Source of the DNA: an uncultured Candidatus Saccharibacteria bacterium
GTDB lineage: Bacteria > Patescibacteriota > WWE3 > 9FT-COMBO-53-11
Assembly (NCBI GenBank): GCA_964512075.1
Contig: CAZEID010000006.1
Coordinates: forward strand, 1,024-65,023
Reading direction: 5' to 3'
Length of the DNA: 64,000 nucleotides
This document shows positions 7,781 through 18,308 of this stretch, piece after piece (within the stretch, counting starts at the first letter, position 1; each line of letters begins with the position of its first letter). A program made the position numbers and the translations under genes. Under the pieces are notes generated by a model. It was not told the DNA's origin. It worked only from the letters and a program-made list of their open reading frames with translations, and did not search any database.

Positions 7781-8848
7781 TCAGCGCCAAGCGGCCCCGA
7801 CGGCTTTGAGGGAAAGGGCGATCTTTTGCTTGCTTGGATCCACTTCCAAAATTCGGGCTTCCACCTCATCCCCTTCCGCCAGGGGACCGGTGGTTTCGGT
7901 GACGTGAATCAGCCCCTCAATCCCCGGTTCCAGCTCCACGAACGCCCCGAAATCGGCGATTTTGGTCACTTTCCCTTTGACTTTAGCCCCGATCGGATAC
8001 TTTTCGGCGATTTTGCTCCAAGGGTTAGGAAGAGTTTGGCGGTGGGAGAGCACTACTCGCCCATCCTCCGGCGAGACCTCCACCACAGCGACCTTCAAAC
8101 TATCCCCGACCTTCACAACCTTAGTCGCATCGGCCACTTTCTCCCAGGAAAGCTCCGAAACGTGGACCATTCCCTCCAGGAAATCCTCGGTCTTAGCGGG
8201 ACGAAACTGGACGAAAGCGGCAAACGGCGTCACTGAAGTCACCACTCCCTCGTACTGCTCACCTTCCTTCACCTTGCTCAAAGCGTAAAGTTCCGCCGCT
8301 CTTTCTCCCTCGCTAAGAGCCTCCCGCTCAGAAAGGACTAAGCGATCCAAGTTTCGATCGAGCTCAATAATCTTAACCCTGACAATCTTTCCCCCCAGCT
8401 TTCCGGAGTTAGCCAGCATTTTATTCGCCAAAGAAAGGTGGGAAAAAGGGATAAATCCTCGGAGGGAACCCCAACGAGCGACCACTCCGCCCCGGTTCGG
8501 CCCCACAATCTCCACTTCCAGAACTCTCTCCTCGGCGTAGGCCTTCGCCGCTTCCCGCCAGTCCCGTTCCGCCTCCGCCTTCTTGAGAGAAAGCAACACT
8601 AACCCCCGGCTGTCTTCGGATTGGACCACGGTCGCCAACACTTTGTCCCCCATTTTCAATTTGGAGAAAGTTTCCGCTTCGTCCTCGAGCTCCCGCCCCA
8701 TCACAATTCCCTCGGACTTGGCCCCGATGTCTAAAATCAACTCCTCCCGGCTTTTGGCCAGAACGGTCCCTTCCACTACATCCCCGGGCCGAAGGCGTCT
8801 CACTTCGACCTTCGATTTCTCCAACAACTTACCCATATCTCCACTCAT
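7781..8848 (-). CDS. rpsA: 30S ribosomal protein S1 (short, about four S1 domains)
   Basis: 355 aa with repeated S1-domain signatures (G.V.G.V......G.FV.L..G..GL.H.S). Confidence 0.85.
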   Translation of the reverse strand: MSGDMGKLLEKSKVEVRRLRPGDVVEGTVLAKSREELILDIGAKSEGIVMGRELEDEAETFSKLKMGDKVLATVVQSEDSRGLVLLSLKKAEAERDWREAAKAYAEERVLEVEIVGPNRGGVVARWGSLRGFIPFSHLSLANKMLANSGKLGGKIVRVKIIELDRNLDRLVLSEREALSEGERAAELYALSKVKEGEQYEGVVTSVTPFAAFVQFRPAKTEDFLEGMVHVSELSWEKVADATKVVKVGDSLKVAVVEVSPEDGRVVLSHRQTLPNPWSKIAEKYPIGAKVKGKVTKIADFGAFVELEPGIEGLIHVTETTGPLAEGDEVEARILEVDPSKQKIALSLKAVGAAWR

Positions 8849-8904
8849 AACAGTAAATTAGCCGCGATTAATACGCTAATAGTTGCTCGCGTCTAACGCT
8901 CGTA

Positions 8905-8932
8905 ATTATAGCAGGCAAAGAAAGGGTGACTA
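8905..8932 (-). promoter_or_regulatory. candidate sigma70-type promoter for rpsA (TAGTCA-16-TATAAT)
   Basis: Perfect -10 TATAAT on the minus strand about 55 nt upstream of the rpsA start. The -35 is weak (4/6). Confidence 0.35.
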
Positions 8933-8957
8933 GCCCAAAGACTAGCCACCCTCAAAA

Positions 8958-9701
8958 TCAAACTAACTCCGAGTAGCGCTCCTGGATCTCCCCGAGTCGC
9001 TGGAGCCGAATGGTCCCCTCGGGAACCTCATTAACCAGCTGACCATGGTCCCAAACCGAAGGGTGGGGAACAAAAACCGGCCGGTAACCGGCCCGCGCGG
9101 CCGGAACCAAGTCCGAACCAATCGAGTCCCCCACCATCACGAGGGGTTGGTCACGGTGGACTTTCCGGATCCGCCGAAGGGTCGGAAACTTGTCCCACTT
9201 AACCACGCGATACTCCCGTTGGCCGGGAAAGAACCGACCCAGATTATAACCTCGCCATTTCATCCACTGCACCACCGGATCGCCGGCAGTCACGCAGTAA
9301 AGAACGTCCCCCCGTCCCTGAAGAAACCGGAGGGTTTCCTCCGCCCCTGGAATCATTCCGCGACTCCGGTAAGTTTCCTCAGAGATCGCGGACATCCCGA
9401 TCTCCCACGTCCGGCGCTCCATCTCCGAGTCAACTTCCATCCCAAAGTGTTGGCAGATGGCTCGGTAGGCCTCTACCATTGACCCTGGCCAACGCTCCCG
9501 GTGCGCCCGCATCGTTTTGAAGCGCTCTTTGTCAATATCCCGAAGAAATTCAATGAACTTCAACAGGAACACTTCGTAGTGGGGAGCCTGATGCTCGAAG
9601 GCCGCAATAAAGGCCAGCCCCCAGCGCAGAACGGCCCGAGCGTAATCAACTCCCGAAGTAATCAGCGTTCCGTCAAGGTCAAAGACCCAAACGGCGCCCA
9701 T
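8958..9701 (-). CDS. HAD-superfamily hydrolase
   Basis: N-terminal motif VFDLDGTL (HAD motif I) and an overall HAD-like pattern. Confidence 0.6.
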   Translation of the reverse strand: MGAVWVFDLDGTLITSGVDYARAVLRWGLAFIAAFEHQAPHYEVFLLKFIEFLRDIDKERFKTMRAHRERWPGSMVEAYRAICQHFGMEVDSEMERRTWEIGMSAISEETYRSRGMIPGAEETLRFLQGRGDVLYCVTAGDPVVQWMKWRGYNLGRFFPGQREYRVVKWDKFPTLRRIRKVHRDQPLVMVGDSIGSDLVPAARAGYRPVFVPHPSVWDHGQLVNEVPEGTIRLQRLGEIQERYSELV

Positions 9702-9788
9702 GCCTCCTCCTTCCGCGAATTTAGTTACCTAAATTCTAGTGGGAGCAGTGAAAAAAGCAAGAGCCGTGTTAAACTAAAACCAAGAGAA

Positions 9789-9865
9789 GGGCGAATAGCT
9801 CAGCCGGTTAGAGCGCTGTCCTGATAAGACAGAGGTCCGTGGTTCGAATCCACGTTCGCCCACCA
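9789..9865 (+). tRNA. tRNA-Ile (anticodon GAT)
   Basis: 77-nt cloverleaf. Acceptor GGGCGAA/TTCGCCC, anticodon loop CTGATAA, T-loop TTCGAAT, encoded CCA. Confidence 0.85.
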
Positions 9866-9872
9866 TAGCATC

Positions 9873-9902
9873 AAAAAAACCTCCGGGAACGGAGGCTTTT
9901 TT
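9873..9902. terminator. bidirectional rho-independent terminator
   Basis: AAAAAAA-CCTCCG-GGAA-CGGAGG-C-TTTTTT. The A-run and T-run flank a 6-bp GC-rich stem. It serves tRNA-Ile on + and the convergent 16S transcript on -. Confidence 0.6.
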
Positions 9903-10004
9903 GTTTTTCTTAAGCAAGAGCAAGGAAGGAACTGGCCGGTGGTTTTTCCGCCAAGGGCGGGTCAGCCAGAGCTGATATAGCAAACCACCAAACTTAACCA
10001 ATGG

Positions 10005-10028
10005 GGTTTTAGCGTGAGGGCTAAAACC
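10005..10028. other. 9-bp hairpin in the 16S trailer (GGTTTTAGC-GTGAGG-GCTAAAACC)
   Basis: Read directly. The stem sequence matches the GCTAAAA heptamer motif found in the 16S leader and elsewhere. Confidence 0.3.
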
Positions 10029-10130
10029 TAGCGTATCTTCCCTCATCTCCTTTTGGCCGGTTATGCCAAAAGGCCTTATCTTCCGCCAAAGAAAGGCGGA
10101 AGAACGGAAGCTACGAAGTAACTCCTTAGA

Positions 10131-11690
<1,560 letters not shown>

Positions 11691-11716
11691 ATAAACGCGA
11701 AGCGTTTATAGCTTGT

Positions 11717-11757
11717 GGCTAAAGGCAAAGCCTTTTGCTTTTCGCTTTTAGCTTCTT
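11717..11757. repeat. heptamer-type repeat and hairpin in the 16S leader (GCTAAAGGCAAAGCC / TTTTGCTTTTCGCTTTTAGC)
   Basis: Revcomp reads GCAAGAA GCTAAAA GCGAAAA GCAAAAG GC..., the same 7-nt periodic motif as at 2419, 3822 and 4210. It lies 30-70 nt upstream of the mature 16S 5' end. Confidence 0.4.
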
Positions 11758-12284
11758 GCTAGTGCTTTCGCGCTGTGTTCCTTCCTTGCTCTTGCTCTTT
11801 ACTGAATTGTTGTTTCTTGACAGAAACACCACAGTGCTCCTTACGTGTTGCACTATGGTCTGGAAAAAATTTACTTGTTAAAGTTCTCGCGATCGGGGTG
11901 GAAATTAAAAAACCCCCGTGCGGGGGCCCCAAGGGTCTACAGAAAATTGTGATTTCCTATTCCCGCATCGCTGGTGTTAATTTAACCGGTCTGAACACAA
12001 AAGTCAAGGGGGCCCCCAACTTCACCTCGGGAAGGACTAACGCCGATTAACTGGATCAAAAGCTCCCCAAACCGGCCTAAGGGCTGTCAAACAATAGTTC
12101 GGTTTTGCCAAAACAAAAGTTGACTAAACGCCAATCTCCTTTCTCCACGAAAAGGGATTAAAAATAAACAAGGTCGCAAAAACTACTCGCGGGGTAGCAA
12201 AGCTGGTAAGAAAACGCTTTTACTGGTTTGAAGATGTCTTAACAGTTGATACAGCAGCGTATAGTCCAGAATTAATTCTGGAAA

Positions 12285-13352
12285 CTACAGGACTGGCAAA
12301 CTTTTAATAATCGCCCCTCCCAAAACCTCATTCTGCTTGTAAAAAACGGCGGACTGACCAGGGGCAACCCCAAAAACAGGCTCTCGCAGAACCACCCTCC
12401 GACCCAAAAGCCGCGCTGGCAACAACTCCCCTAAATGCCGAATACGAACTTGCAAGCCGGGCAGTTTCGAGGTCCTATAGCTCCTGGAGATCCAATGCGG
12501 TTCACCAATCAAAAACTCTCGCACTTCCGCTTCTTTCCCCCGTCCCACAACCAAAGTGTTTGAGGGCACATCCTTGCCAACAACATAAAGCGGCAAACCA
12601 GTGGGATTAAAGATTTTAAAACCGTGGCGTTGACCCTCCGTGAAAAACCAAGCTCCGTCGTGTTCACCCACTACCTCACCCTTAGTATTGACCACGGCCC
12701 CCCGCCGAATTGGCAGATTCTGGCGCAGAAACTTGGCAATCGGAATCGGTCCAATGAAGCAAACCCCCATACTCTCCCTTCGGGAGTAATTTGGTAATCC
12801 GAACTTCCTTGCTAAGGAACGGACGGTCGCTTTTCGAAACTCTCCAACTGGAAACAAAATGTGTTCAAGCTGCCTCTCATTCAATCCGTAGAGGAAGTAG
12901 GACTGGTCCTTACTTTCATCGGCGCCGCGAAGAAGGTGAAAGCCATCTCTATCACGTCTAATCCGCGCATAATGACCCGTAGCAATGTAGTCAACGCGAA
13001 GATCCTTAAGCGCTTTTTTCATAAAAATCCCAAACTTAATTTCGCGATTGCAGACCACATCGGGGTTCGGCGTCCGGCCCGCCTGGTACTCCTCAAAAAA
13101 ATAACTTATAACTTTTTCTTGGTACTCCCGACGCAAGTCCCAAACTAGGAGGGGAATCTCCAGATGCTTAGCCACTCGCACCGCCGAAACCCGATCTTCC
13201 TTGGCCGTGCAGTAAGGACCCTCATCGTAGCAGTAGAGGTGGACCCCAATCACGTCGTAGCCCTGCTGCTTCAGCAAAGCGGCGGCCACCGCCGAATCCA
13301 CTCCTCCCGAAACTCCCACTGCCACCTTCGTTTCTCGGTTTTTTGCAGACAT
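12285..13352 (-). CDS. mnmA: tRNA 2-thiouridine(34) synthase MnmA
   Basis: PP-loop SGGVDS, CNREIKF, ATGHYAR, KDQSYFL motifs. Confidence 0.85.
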   Translation of the reverse strand: MSAKNRETKVAVGVSGGVDSAVAAALLKQQGYDVIGVHLYCYDEGPYCTAKEDRVSAVRVAKHLEIPLLVWDLRREYQEKVISYFFEEYQAGRTPNPDVVCNREIKFGIFMKKALKDLRVDYIATGHYARIRRDRDGFHLLRGADESKDQSYFLYGLNERQLEHILFPVGEFRKATVRSLARKFGLPNYSRRESMGVCFIGPIPIAKFLRQNLPIRRGAVVNTKGEVVGEHDGAWFFTEGQRHGFKIFNPTGLPLYVVGKDVPSNTLVVGRGKEAEVREFLIGEPHWISRSYRTSKLPGLQVRIRHLGELLPARLLGRRVVLREPVFGVAPGQSAVFYKQNEVLGGAIIKSLPVL

Positions 13353-13425
13353 ATTTTCAGAATATCACGCCCCCAAACCTGGAAAAAAGAAAAGGACTCC
13401 TGGAAAACCAAGAGTCCCAACCGGC

Positions 13426-13665
13426 CTATTCCGGCTCGGATTCAAACCCCCCGCCTCTAGGGAGAAAGGCCTCCTCTTCATCTTCGGAGAGATCAAAAAA
13501 AGAGAGGTTCAGAAGGACACCTGCGATTTGGGCGGCGGCCGCGGCCGCTCCTACCTTCAAATCATCCGCAAAGCTGTCCCGCGCAACCGCCGTCACATAG
13601 CGAAAAAGCCCTTCTAGGGTTGATCGGATCTCCCCCAAAGTCAACGGTCTCGGCTTCCTAGTCAT
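13426..13665 (-). CDS. hypothetical protein (79 aa), translationally coupled to the upstream ORF
   Basis: ATGA start/stop overlap with 13662..14084. No recognisable motif. Confidence 0.35.
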   Translation of the reverse strand: MTRKPRPLTLGEIRSTLEGLFRYVTAVARDSFADDLKVGAAAAAAQIAGVLLNLSFFDLSEDEEEAFLPRGGGFESEPE

Positions 13666-14084
13666 GGCTCCCCTCCTGTGGTAAGCTCCTCCACCAACCC
13701 GGCCAAGCGGAAGACCCGCAGATGCCGAAAGATCCCCGTCGGCAAACTGAAGAAGCTATTTCCCGAGAAACTGATAATCTCTCCGTTCTCGGGAATGCAG
13801 AGCAGATCCGCATCCTTCAATTCCTGGAGAGCACGTTTCAGCCAGGGAGTTTCCAAAAAGGAGGCGGAAGAACTATCCGATTGGAAACGGGCAGCGGAAT
13901 CAATCAACTGGCGGTTTTGAGCCACAAAAATCAGATTGTCCAAGAAGAAAGACTCCACCAACGCCTCCCGCCCCCGCTCCCGATTCTGCTGGGCGGCAAT
14001 CCAAACCAGACCGAGCAGAGTCTCCTGGTGGGGAGAGAGGTACCAAGGCCGGTAGATCACCGTGCGGCCTTTCTCAAGAAACAT
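13662..14084 (-). CDS. hypothetical protein (140 aa)
   Basis: ORF with coding-like composition between mnmA and trxB. No recognisable motif. Confidence 0.4.
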   Translation of the reverse strand: MFLEKGRTVIYRPWYLSPHQETLLGLVWIAAQQNRERGREALVESFFLDNLIFVAQNRQLIDSAARFQSDSSSASFLETPWLKRALQELKDADLLCIPENGEIISFSGNSFFSLPTGIFRHLRVFRLAGLVEELTTGGEP

Positions 14085-14151
14085 CGGCGTCTCTCCTTTC
14101 CGAAGTCAATGGTTGTTACCAACTATAAGGCAGGAGGAGAACCAAGTCAAA

Positions 14152-15108
14152 TTAGGAAACGGAAGGTTGCCGGCGTAAAAACTGGTAAACGCCTGTGGCC
14201 GCTCGAGCGCCGTCGGCCGCCGCGGTCACAATTTGCCGAAAGGGAATTGCCCCGGGAAGGCGAGCTAAGTCACCCGCTGCGAAAACCCCCGGAACGCTGG
14301 ATTGCATATTCGGATCAACCGTAACGTAACCGTTCGCATCTAGCTCCACCCCCAAGGAATCGGCGATGGCACTGGCCGGCACCAGGCCAATCTCAATAAA
14401 GATCCCTTGCACCTCGAGGGTATCGCTCCCCCGGTAGGGAGAAGAAAGTTTGACTCCGGAAACCGCTTCTTGGCCGATAATCCCCTCCACAGTGGTGTTC
14501 AAAATCTCTTCCACGTTCCCGAGAGAACGCATCTTGGCCAGTTCGTGGGGGGCCGCCCGGTACTGATCACTGCGGACAATGATGAAAACCTTTTCCGCAA
14601 AAGCGGCCAGATGGATCGCCGCCGTGACCGCCGAGTCTCCCCCGCCCACCACCGCCACGGTTTTATCCTTAAAGAACGGGGCGTCGCAGACGGCGCAGTA
14701 GGAGACGCCGCGTCCCACCAGCTCTTTCTCCCCTGGAACTTCCAGCTGGCGGTGGTGGGCCCCCAAGGCCAAAATCACGGTCCGGGTTCGGAACTCTTCA
14801 CCCCGATCGGTTTTTAGCGCAAAAACCCCCTCCTCCCGGCGCAACTCTTCCACGCGGCTAGGGAGAATCTGGACCCCGTAGGACTCCACGTGCTTTCTGA
14901 AGGCGGTGGCCAACTCCGGGCCCGAAACCGAAGGAAAACCGGGGTAATTCTCCACCGCGGAAGCATCCAAAAATTGTCCCCCTGGAACGATCCCGAAAAT
15001 TAGGTGGTTTAACTTATACCGGGAGAGATAGATCGAAGCCGCCATCCCGGCGGCGCCGGCTCCCACTACGATGCAATCGTAAACTATTCCTTTGGCGGAC
15101 TCCTTCAT
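14152..15108 (-). CDS. trxB: thioredoxin reductase
   Basis: FAD-binding motif GAGAAG, redox-active CAVC, second dinucleotide motif VVGGGDSA. Confidence 0.85.
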   Translation of the reverse strand: MKESAKGIVYDCIVVGAGAAGMAASIYLSRYKLNHLIFGIVPGGQFLDASAVENYPGFPSVSGPELATAFRKHVESYGVQILPSRVEELRREEGVFALKTDRGEEFRTRTVILALGAHHRQLEVPGEKELVGRGVSYCAVCDAPFFKDKTVAVVGGGDSAVTAAIHLAAFAEKVFIIVRSDQYRAAPHELAKMRSLGNVEEILNTTVEGIIGQEAVSGVKLSSPYRGSDTLEVQGIFIEIGLVPASAIADSLGVELDANGYVTVDPNMQSSVPGVFAAGDLARLPGAIPFRQIVTAAADGARAATGVYQFLRRQPSVS

Positions 15109-15179
15109 TGCTAACTAAACAGTAACAAAATTGACAATTCCCCCCACCCGGGAAGAACCGAATCTTGTAAAATGGCCCT

Positions 15180-15872
15180 GTGGAACAACCATTGCTAAAA
15201 GTTTCCCATCTCTCGGTAGGATTCGAACGGCATATCGTTCTGGAGGATATTAGTTTTGAGGTTCAGCCAGGAGAAACCCTCGCCGTCATTGGGCCCAATG
15301 GAGCTGGAAAGACCGTCCTCTTCCGCACCCTTTTGGGACTTCATCCCTATCAGGGGAAGATCGAGTGGCAACCGGGAGTCAAGATTGGTTACGTCCCTCA
15401 GCGGTTCTCATTAACCCCCGACCTTCCTCTCACGGTGAGAGAATTTCTCCAGCTCAAGAGCCGAAACCCTCGAGAAATTGAGGAAGAGTTGACTGGAGTG
15501 GGTTTCGAGAAAGGATTCCTGAAACATCCTCTCGGAGTTCTGTCAACGGGGCAGCAACAAAGGGTTCTGATCGCTTGGGCGCTACTGGGGAAGCCGAACT
15601 TGCTCCTTTTCGACGAGCCCACCTCCGGAGTGGACCCCGCCGGGGATGAAACGATCTACCATTTACTCCACAAACTCCAAACCCAGCGGGGATTGACAAT
15701 CATTCTTATCTCCCACGAGCTCCAGATTGTCTTCCAACACGCCACCAAAGTACTCTGTCTGAACAAGACTACGATGTGCTACGGCCCGCCGCGGCAAGCT
15801 CTCGATACTACCACTCTCGCGAAGTTATTCAGGGTAGAGACGAAACACCACCAAGGAGAGCACCGTGATTGA
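15180..15872 (+). CDS. ABC transporter ATP-binding protein (metal/zinc importer type, ZnuC-like)
   Basis: Walker A GPNGAGKT, signature LSTGQQQR, Walker B LLLFDEP. GTG start as listed. An alternative TTG start 12 nt downstream is possible. Confidence 0.75.
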   Translation: MEQPLLKVSHLSVGFERHIVLEDISFEVQPGETLAVIGPNGAGKTVLFRTLLGLHPYQGKIEWQPGVKIGYVPQRFSLTPDLPLTVREFLQLKSRNPREIEEELTGVGFEKGFLKHPLGVLSTGQQQRVLIAWALLGKPNLLLFDEPTSGVDPAGDETIYHLLHKLQTQRGLTIILISHELQIVFQHATKVLCLNKTTMCYGPPRQALDTTTLAKLFRVETKHHQGEHRD

Positions 15873-16647
15873 AACTAACCCTCTCTTTATTCTCTTGGTC
15901 GGAATCTTTGTGGGCGGGGCGGCCGGATTTATCGGCTCATTCATGGTATTAAAGCGGATGGCCCTCGTAGGGGACGCCTTCACCCACGTCGCTCTTCCCG
16001 GAATGGCGATCGCTCTGCTTCTGCAGCTCGACCCGATGACCGGGGCCTTCGCCGCCCTCACTCTCGCCGCCCTCGGAATCTGGTACCTTGAAGAAACCTC
16101 CCGCATTTACCCCGAGGCACTAGTGGGAATTTTCTTCGCGACAGCGCTCGCGATCGGAATTCTCATCACTCCCGAAACTGAATTACTGGAAACGCTGTTC
16201 GGAAGCATTGAGAAGATCAACCTTCTCGAGGGATTCTTAACCATCATTCTCGCCGTTCTTGTCTCCGCCAGCGGCTACCTAATCTCCAAGAAGTTGGTCC
16301 TGGGAATACTTTCGGAGGAGCTAGCGACCTCGGTGGGCATTTCCCGCAAAAAGATTAACCTAATCTACTTACTCTTAGTCGCGGTCACCGTAACCATTGG
16401 AATTCGCTTTGTGGGAACGCTATTGATGGGAGCCCTGGTAATTATCCCGGCCGCGAGCGCCAAGAACATTAGCACTAGCCTGGGCAGCTACTACCGACTC
16501 TCCATCCTATTTGGGATAGCCTCGGCTGCCGTAGGAGTCGGGATAGCTGCGACTTACGGCATCCTTTCGGGGCCGGCCGTAGTCCTAACCAGCACGTCCC
16601 TTTTCCTAGTCACCTTCGTCATCAAAAAACTGGTAGGAAGGGTTTAA
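15865..16647 (+). CDS. ABC transporter permease (ZnuB/MntB-like, 8-9 TM)
   Basis: Highly hydrophobic, overlaps the ATPase stop, typical metal ABC-3 permease pattern. Confidence 0.7.
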   Translation: MIETNPLFILLVGIFVGGAAGFIGSFMVLKRMALVGDAFTHVALPGMAIALLLQLDPMTGAFAALTLAALGIWYLEETSRIYPEALVGIFFATALAIGILITPETELLETLFGSIEKINLLEGFLTIILAVLVSASGYLISKKLVLGILSEELATSVGISRKKINLIYLLLVAVTVTIGIRFVGTLLMGALVIIPAASAKNISTSLGSYYRLSILFGIASAAVGVGIAATYGILSGPAVVLTSTSLFLVTFVIKKLVGRV

Positions 16648-16662
16648 GTACCGCCGCGGCTA

Positions 16663-18270
16663 TCAGTAGACCTCCTCCTTCTTCTCACGAGCAAAGCTAA
16701 TCCACTCTTCCAAAACCTCCAGTACTACTTGGAAGGGCGCTTCCACCAGTAGCGTAACAATCAAAGCTAGGACGTTGAAACGGGAAAGGCCGGCCGAGAT
16801 AATACTCCCCGCCCGGAGAAAAGGCAAGGCGAAAAAATCAAAAATCACGGTCCCAACCGTTTCTTTTCCTCCAACCATCACCAACTCCCGGGAGGACTCC
16901 CGCACCCGAAGCCCAAAATAGGTCACGATTGAAGTGTAGAAAAGAAAGAGCGCAACTGCGAAGGGAGTAAACCCCAGCCGAGTTAAATACAAGGAGACAA
17001 AACCAAAAATCGCAACAAAAGCGAGGAGATAAATTAGAAATAAAGTCAGGGCAATTCCCCCGCTCCGCCTTTTTACCTCCACCCGATTCTGCTCGGAAAA
17101 AACTCCCCGGCCGGCACCGTTGGGAGAAAAAATTGCCTCTTGAGCCGCGGCAACTACCCGCTCCTCGTTTTCCCGCTCCGGGGTACCTAGAGAAGAGGTC
17201 AGCAAGAAAAGCAGCAAGGGAGGAAAGAAGAAGTTAATCGCCAGGGGAACCAAGTGGACTTTTCCGTAAATAATTCGCTCCGCAGGAAGTTCCAGGGCAA
17301 AAGTTAAAAGAATTTTGGTTAGGAAGATATAAATCAAGGCGCGCGTCGTTGTAGTGGTTAACCGCTCCCGCTCGCGGGCCATTTTCCGCCGGTAGGAATC
17401 AGATACTTCTTGAGCCAATCGGGCACGGTTCTCCAAGATTCCAATCCCTGCGCGCTCCAAGGCATCTCGCAACATCACGAACGGGGAAGTGTAACGGCGT
17501 ACCAATGCCGAGAGCGCTCCGCCCAACCGGTAACTGGAGATCTTACTAATAGCCGCCTTAATCTGGGGCAAATTACTGATCACCTCCCCAATGTGAGCTT
17601 CTCCATTCGTCTTCCAATCCGGGTAGAAGAGTTCGAAGAGATTAAATTCCAACATCGCCCGATCCAGCTTAAGGAGATTGCGGTAAATCGCCACTTGGAG
17701 CTGAATCAAGGCATAGCGCTCATCCAGCTGAGGGTCGGAGAGAATGATGGCCTTCTTTAGATTTGCCAGCATCAAATCAGCCAGGGCATCCTCCCGAGTG
17801 GGCGGGGCAAAGAACTCTTCGATCTCCGAAGAAGCAAGCCGAATCACCAAAGCAAAATCGTCGTCAGTCGGGTTGAGCTCCCGCCCGTGCAAAACTTGGC
17901 GGTACTTCTCCAAAATTCGAACCACGTTCCCAACCACACTCTCCGGGTAGTAATCATTCTTGAGATAGCGGCCCCGGATTAACTCCTTCAGTAGTCCTTC
18001 CGCTACCAGCTGGGAATTAGATTCTGCCCGCAACCGGCGGGAGAGAATTCGCTCGATTGAAGCGCGGCGGAAAAGATGGGGCTCGGTATACTCCATTGCC
18101 CGCCGAACCCTTTCGTAGATGGAAGCTAAGGTAGCCACGGCATGCGGCACCTTAATCCGGGGACCCTCACCGAAAGTGGGTTCCAAATCTTGGGAGTAGG
18201 CCTGCGCTAAAGCTTGGACAGCGATCTGTCGCTCGGAACTGGAAGCGGCCGAATCTTCGCTACTGTGCAT
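16663..18270 (-). CDS. hypothetical protein with a ~300-aa soluble N-terminal domain and a C-terminal multi-TM region
   Basis: 535 aa. Hydrophobic helices after residue ~300. Immediately downstream of, and co-oriented with, the large ATPase. Confidence 0.5.
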   Translation of the reverse strand: MHSSEDSAASSSERQIAVQALAQAYSQDLEPTFGEGPRIKVPHAVATLASIYERVRRAMEYTEPHLFRRASIERILSRRLRAESNSQLVAEGLLKELIRGRYLKNDYYPESVVGNVVRILEKYRQVLHGRELNPTDDDFALVIRLASSEIEEFFAPPTREDALADLMLANLKKAIILSDPQLDERYALIQLQVAIYRNLLKLDRAMLEFNLFELFYPDWKTNGEAHIGEVISNLPQIKAAISKISSYRLGGALSALVRRYTSPFVMLRDALERAGIGILENRARLAQEVSDSYRRKMARERERLTTTTTRALIYIFLTKILLTFALELPAERIIYGKVHLVPLAINFFFPPLLLFLLTSSLGTPERENEERVVAAAQEAIFSPNGAGRGVFSEQNRVEVKRRSGGIALTLFLIYLLAFVAIFGFVSLYLTRLGFTPFAVALFLFYTSIVTYFGLRVRESSRELVMVGGKETVGTVIFDFFALPFLRAGSIISAGLSRFNVLALIVTLLVEAPFQVVLEVLEEWISFAREKKEEVY

Positions 18271-18308
18271 CGCTGTCTATGATAACACGGCCGATCGGAA
18301 GCGGGGAT

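Noticed and set aside
9774-10046. 90-aa minus-strand ORF overlapping tRNA-Ile(GAT) and the terminator
   Set aside because: It overlaps a bona fide tRNA and terminator. No RBS. Spurious.
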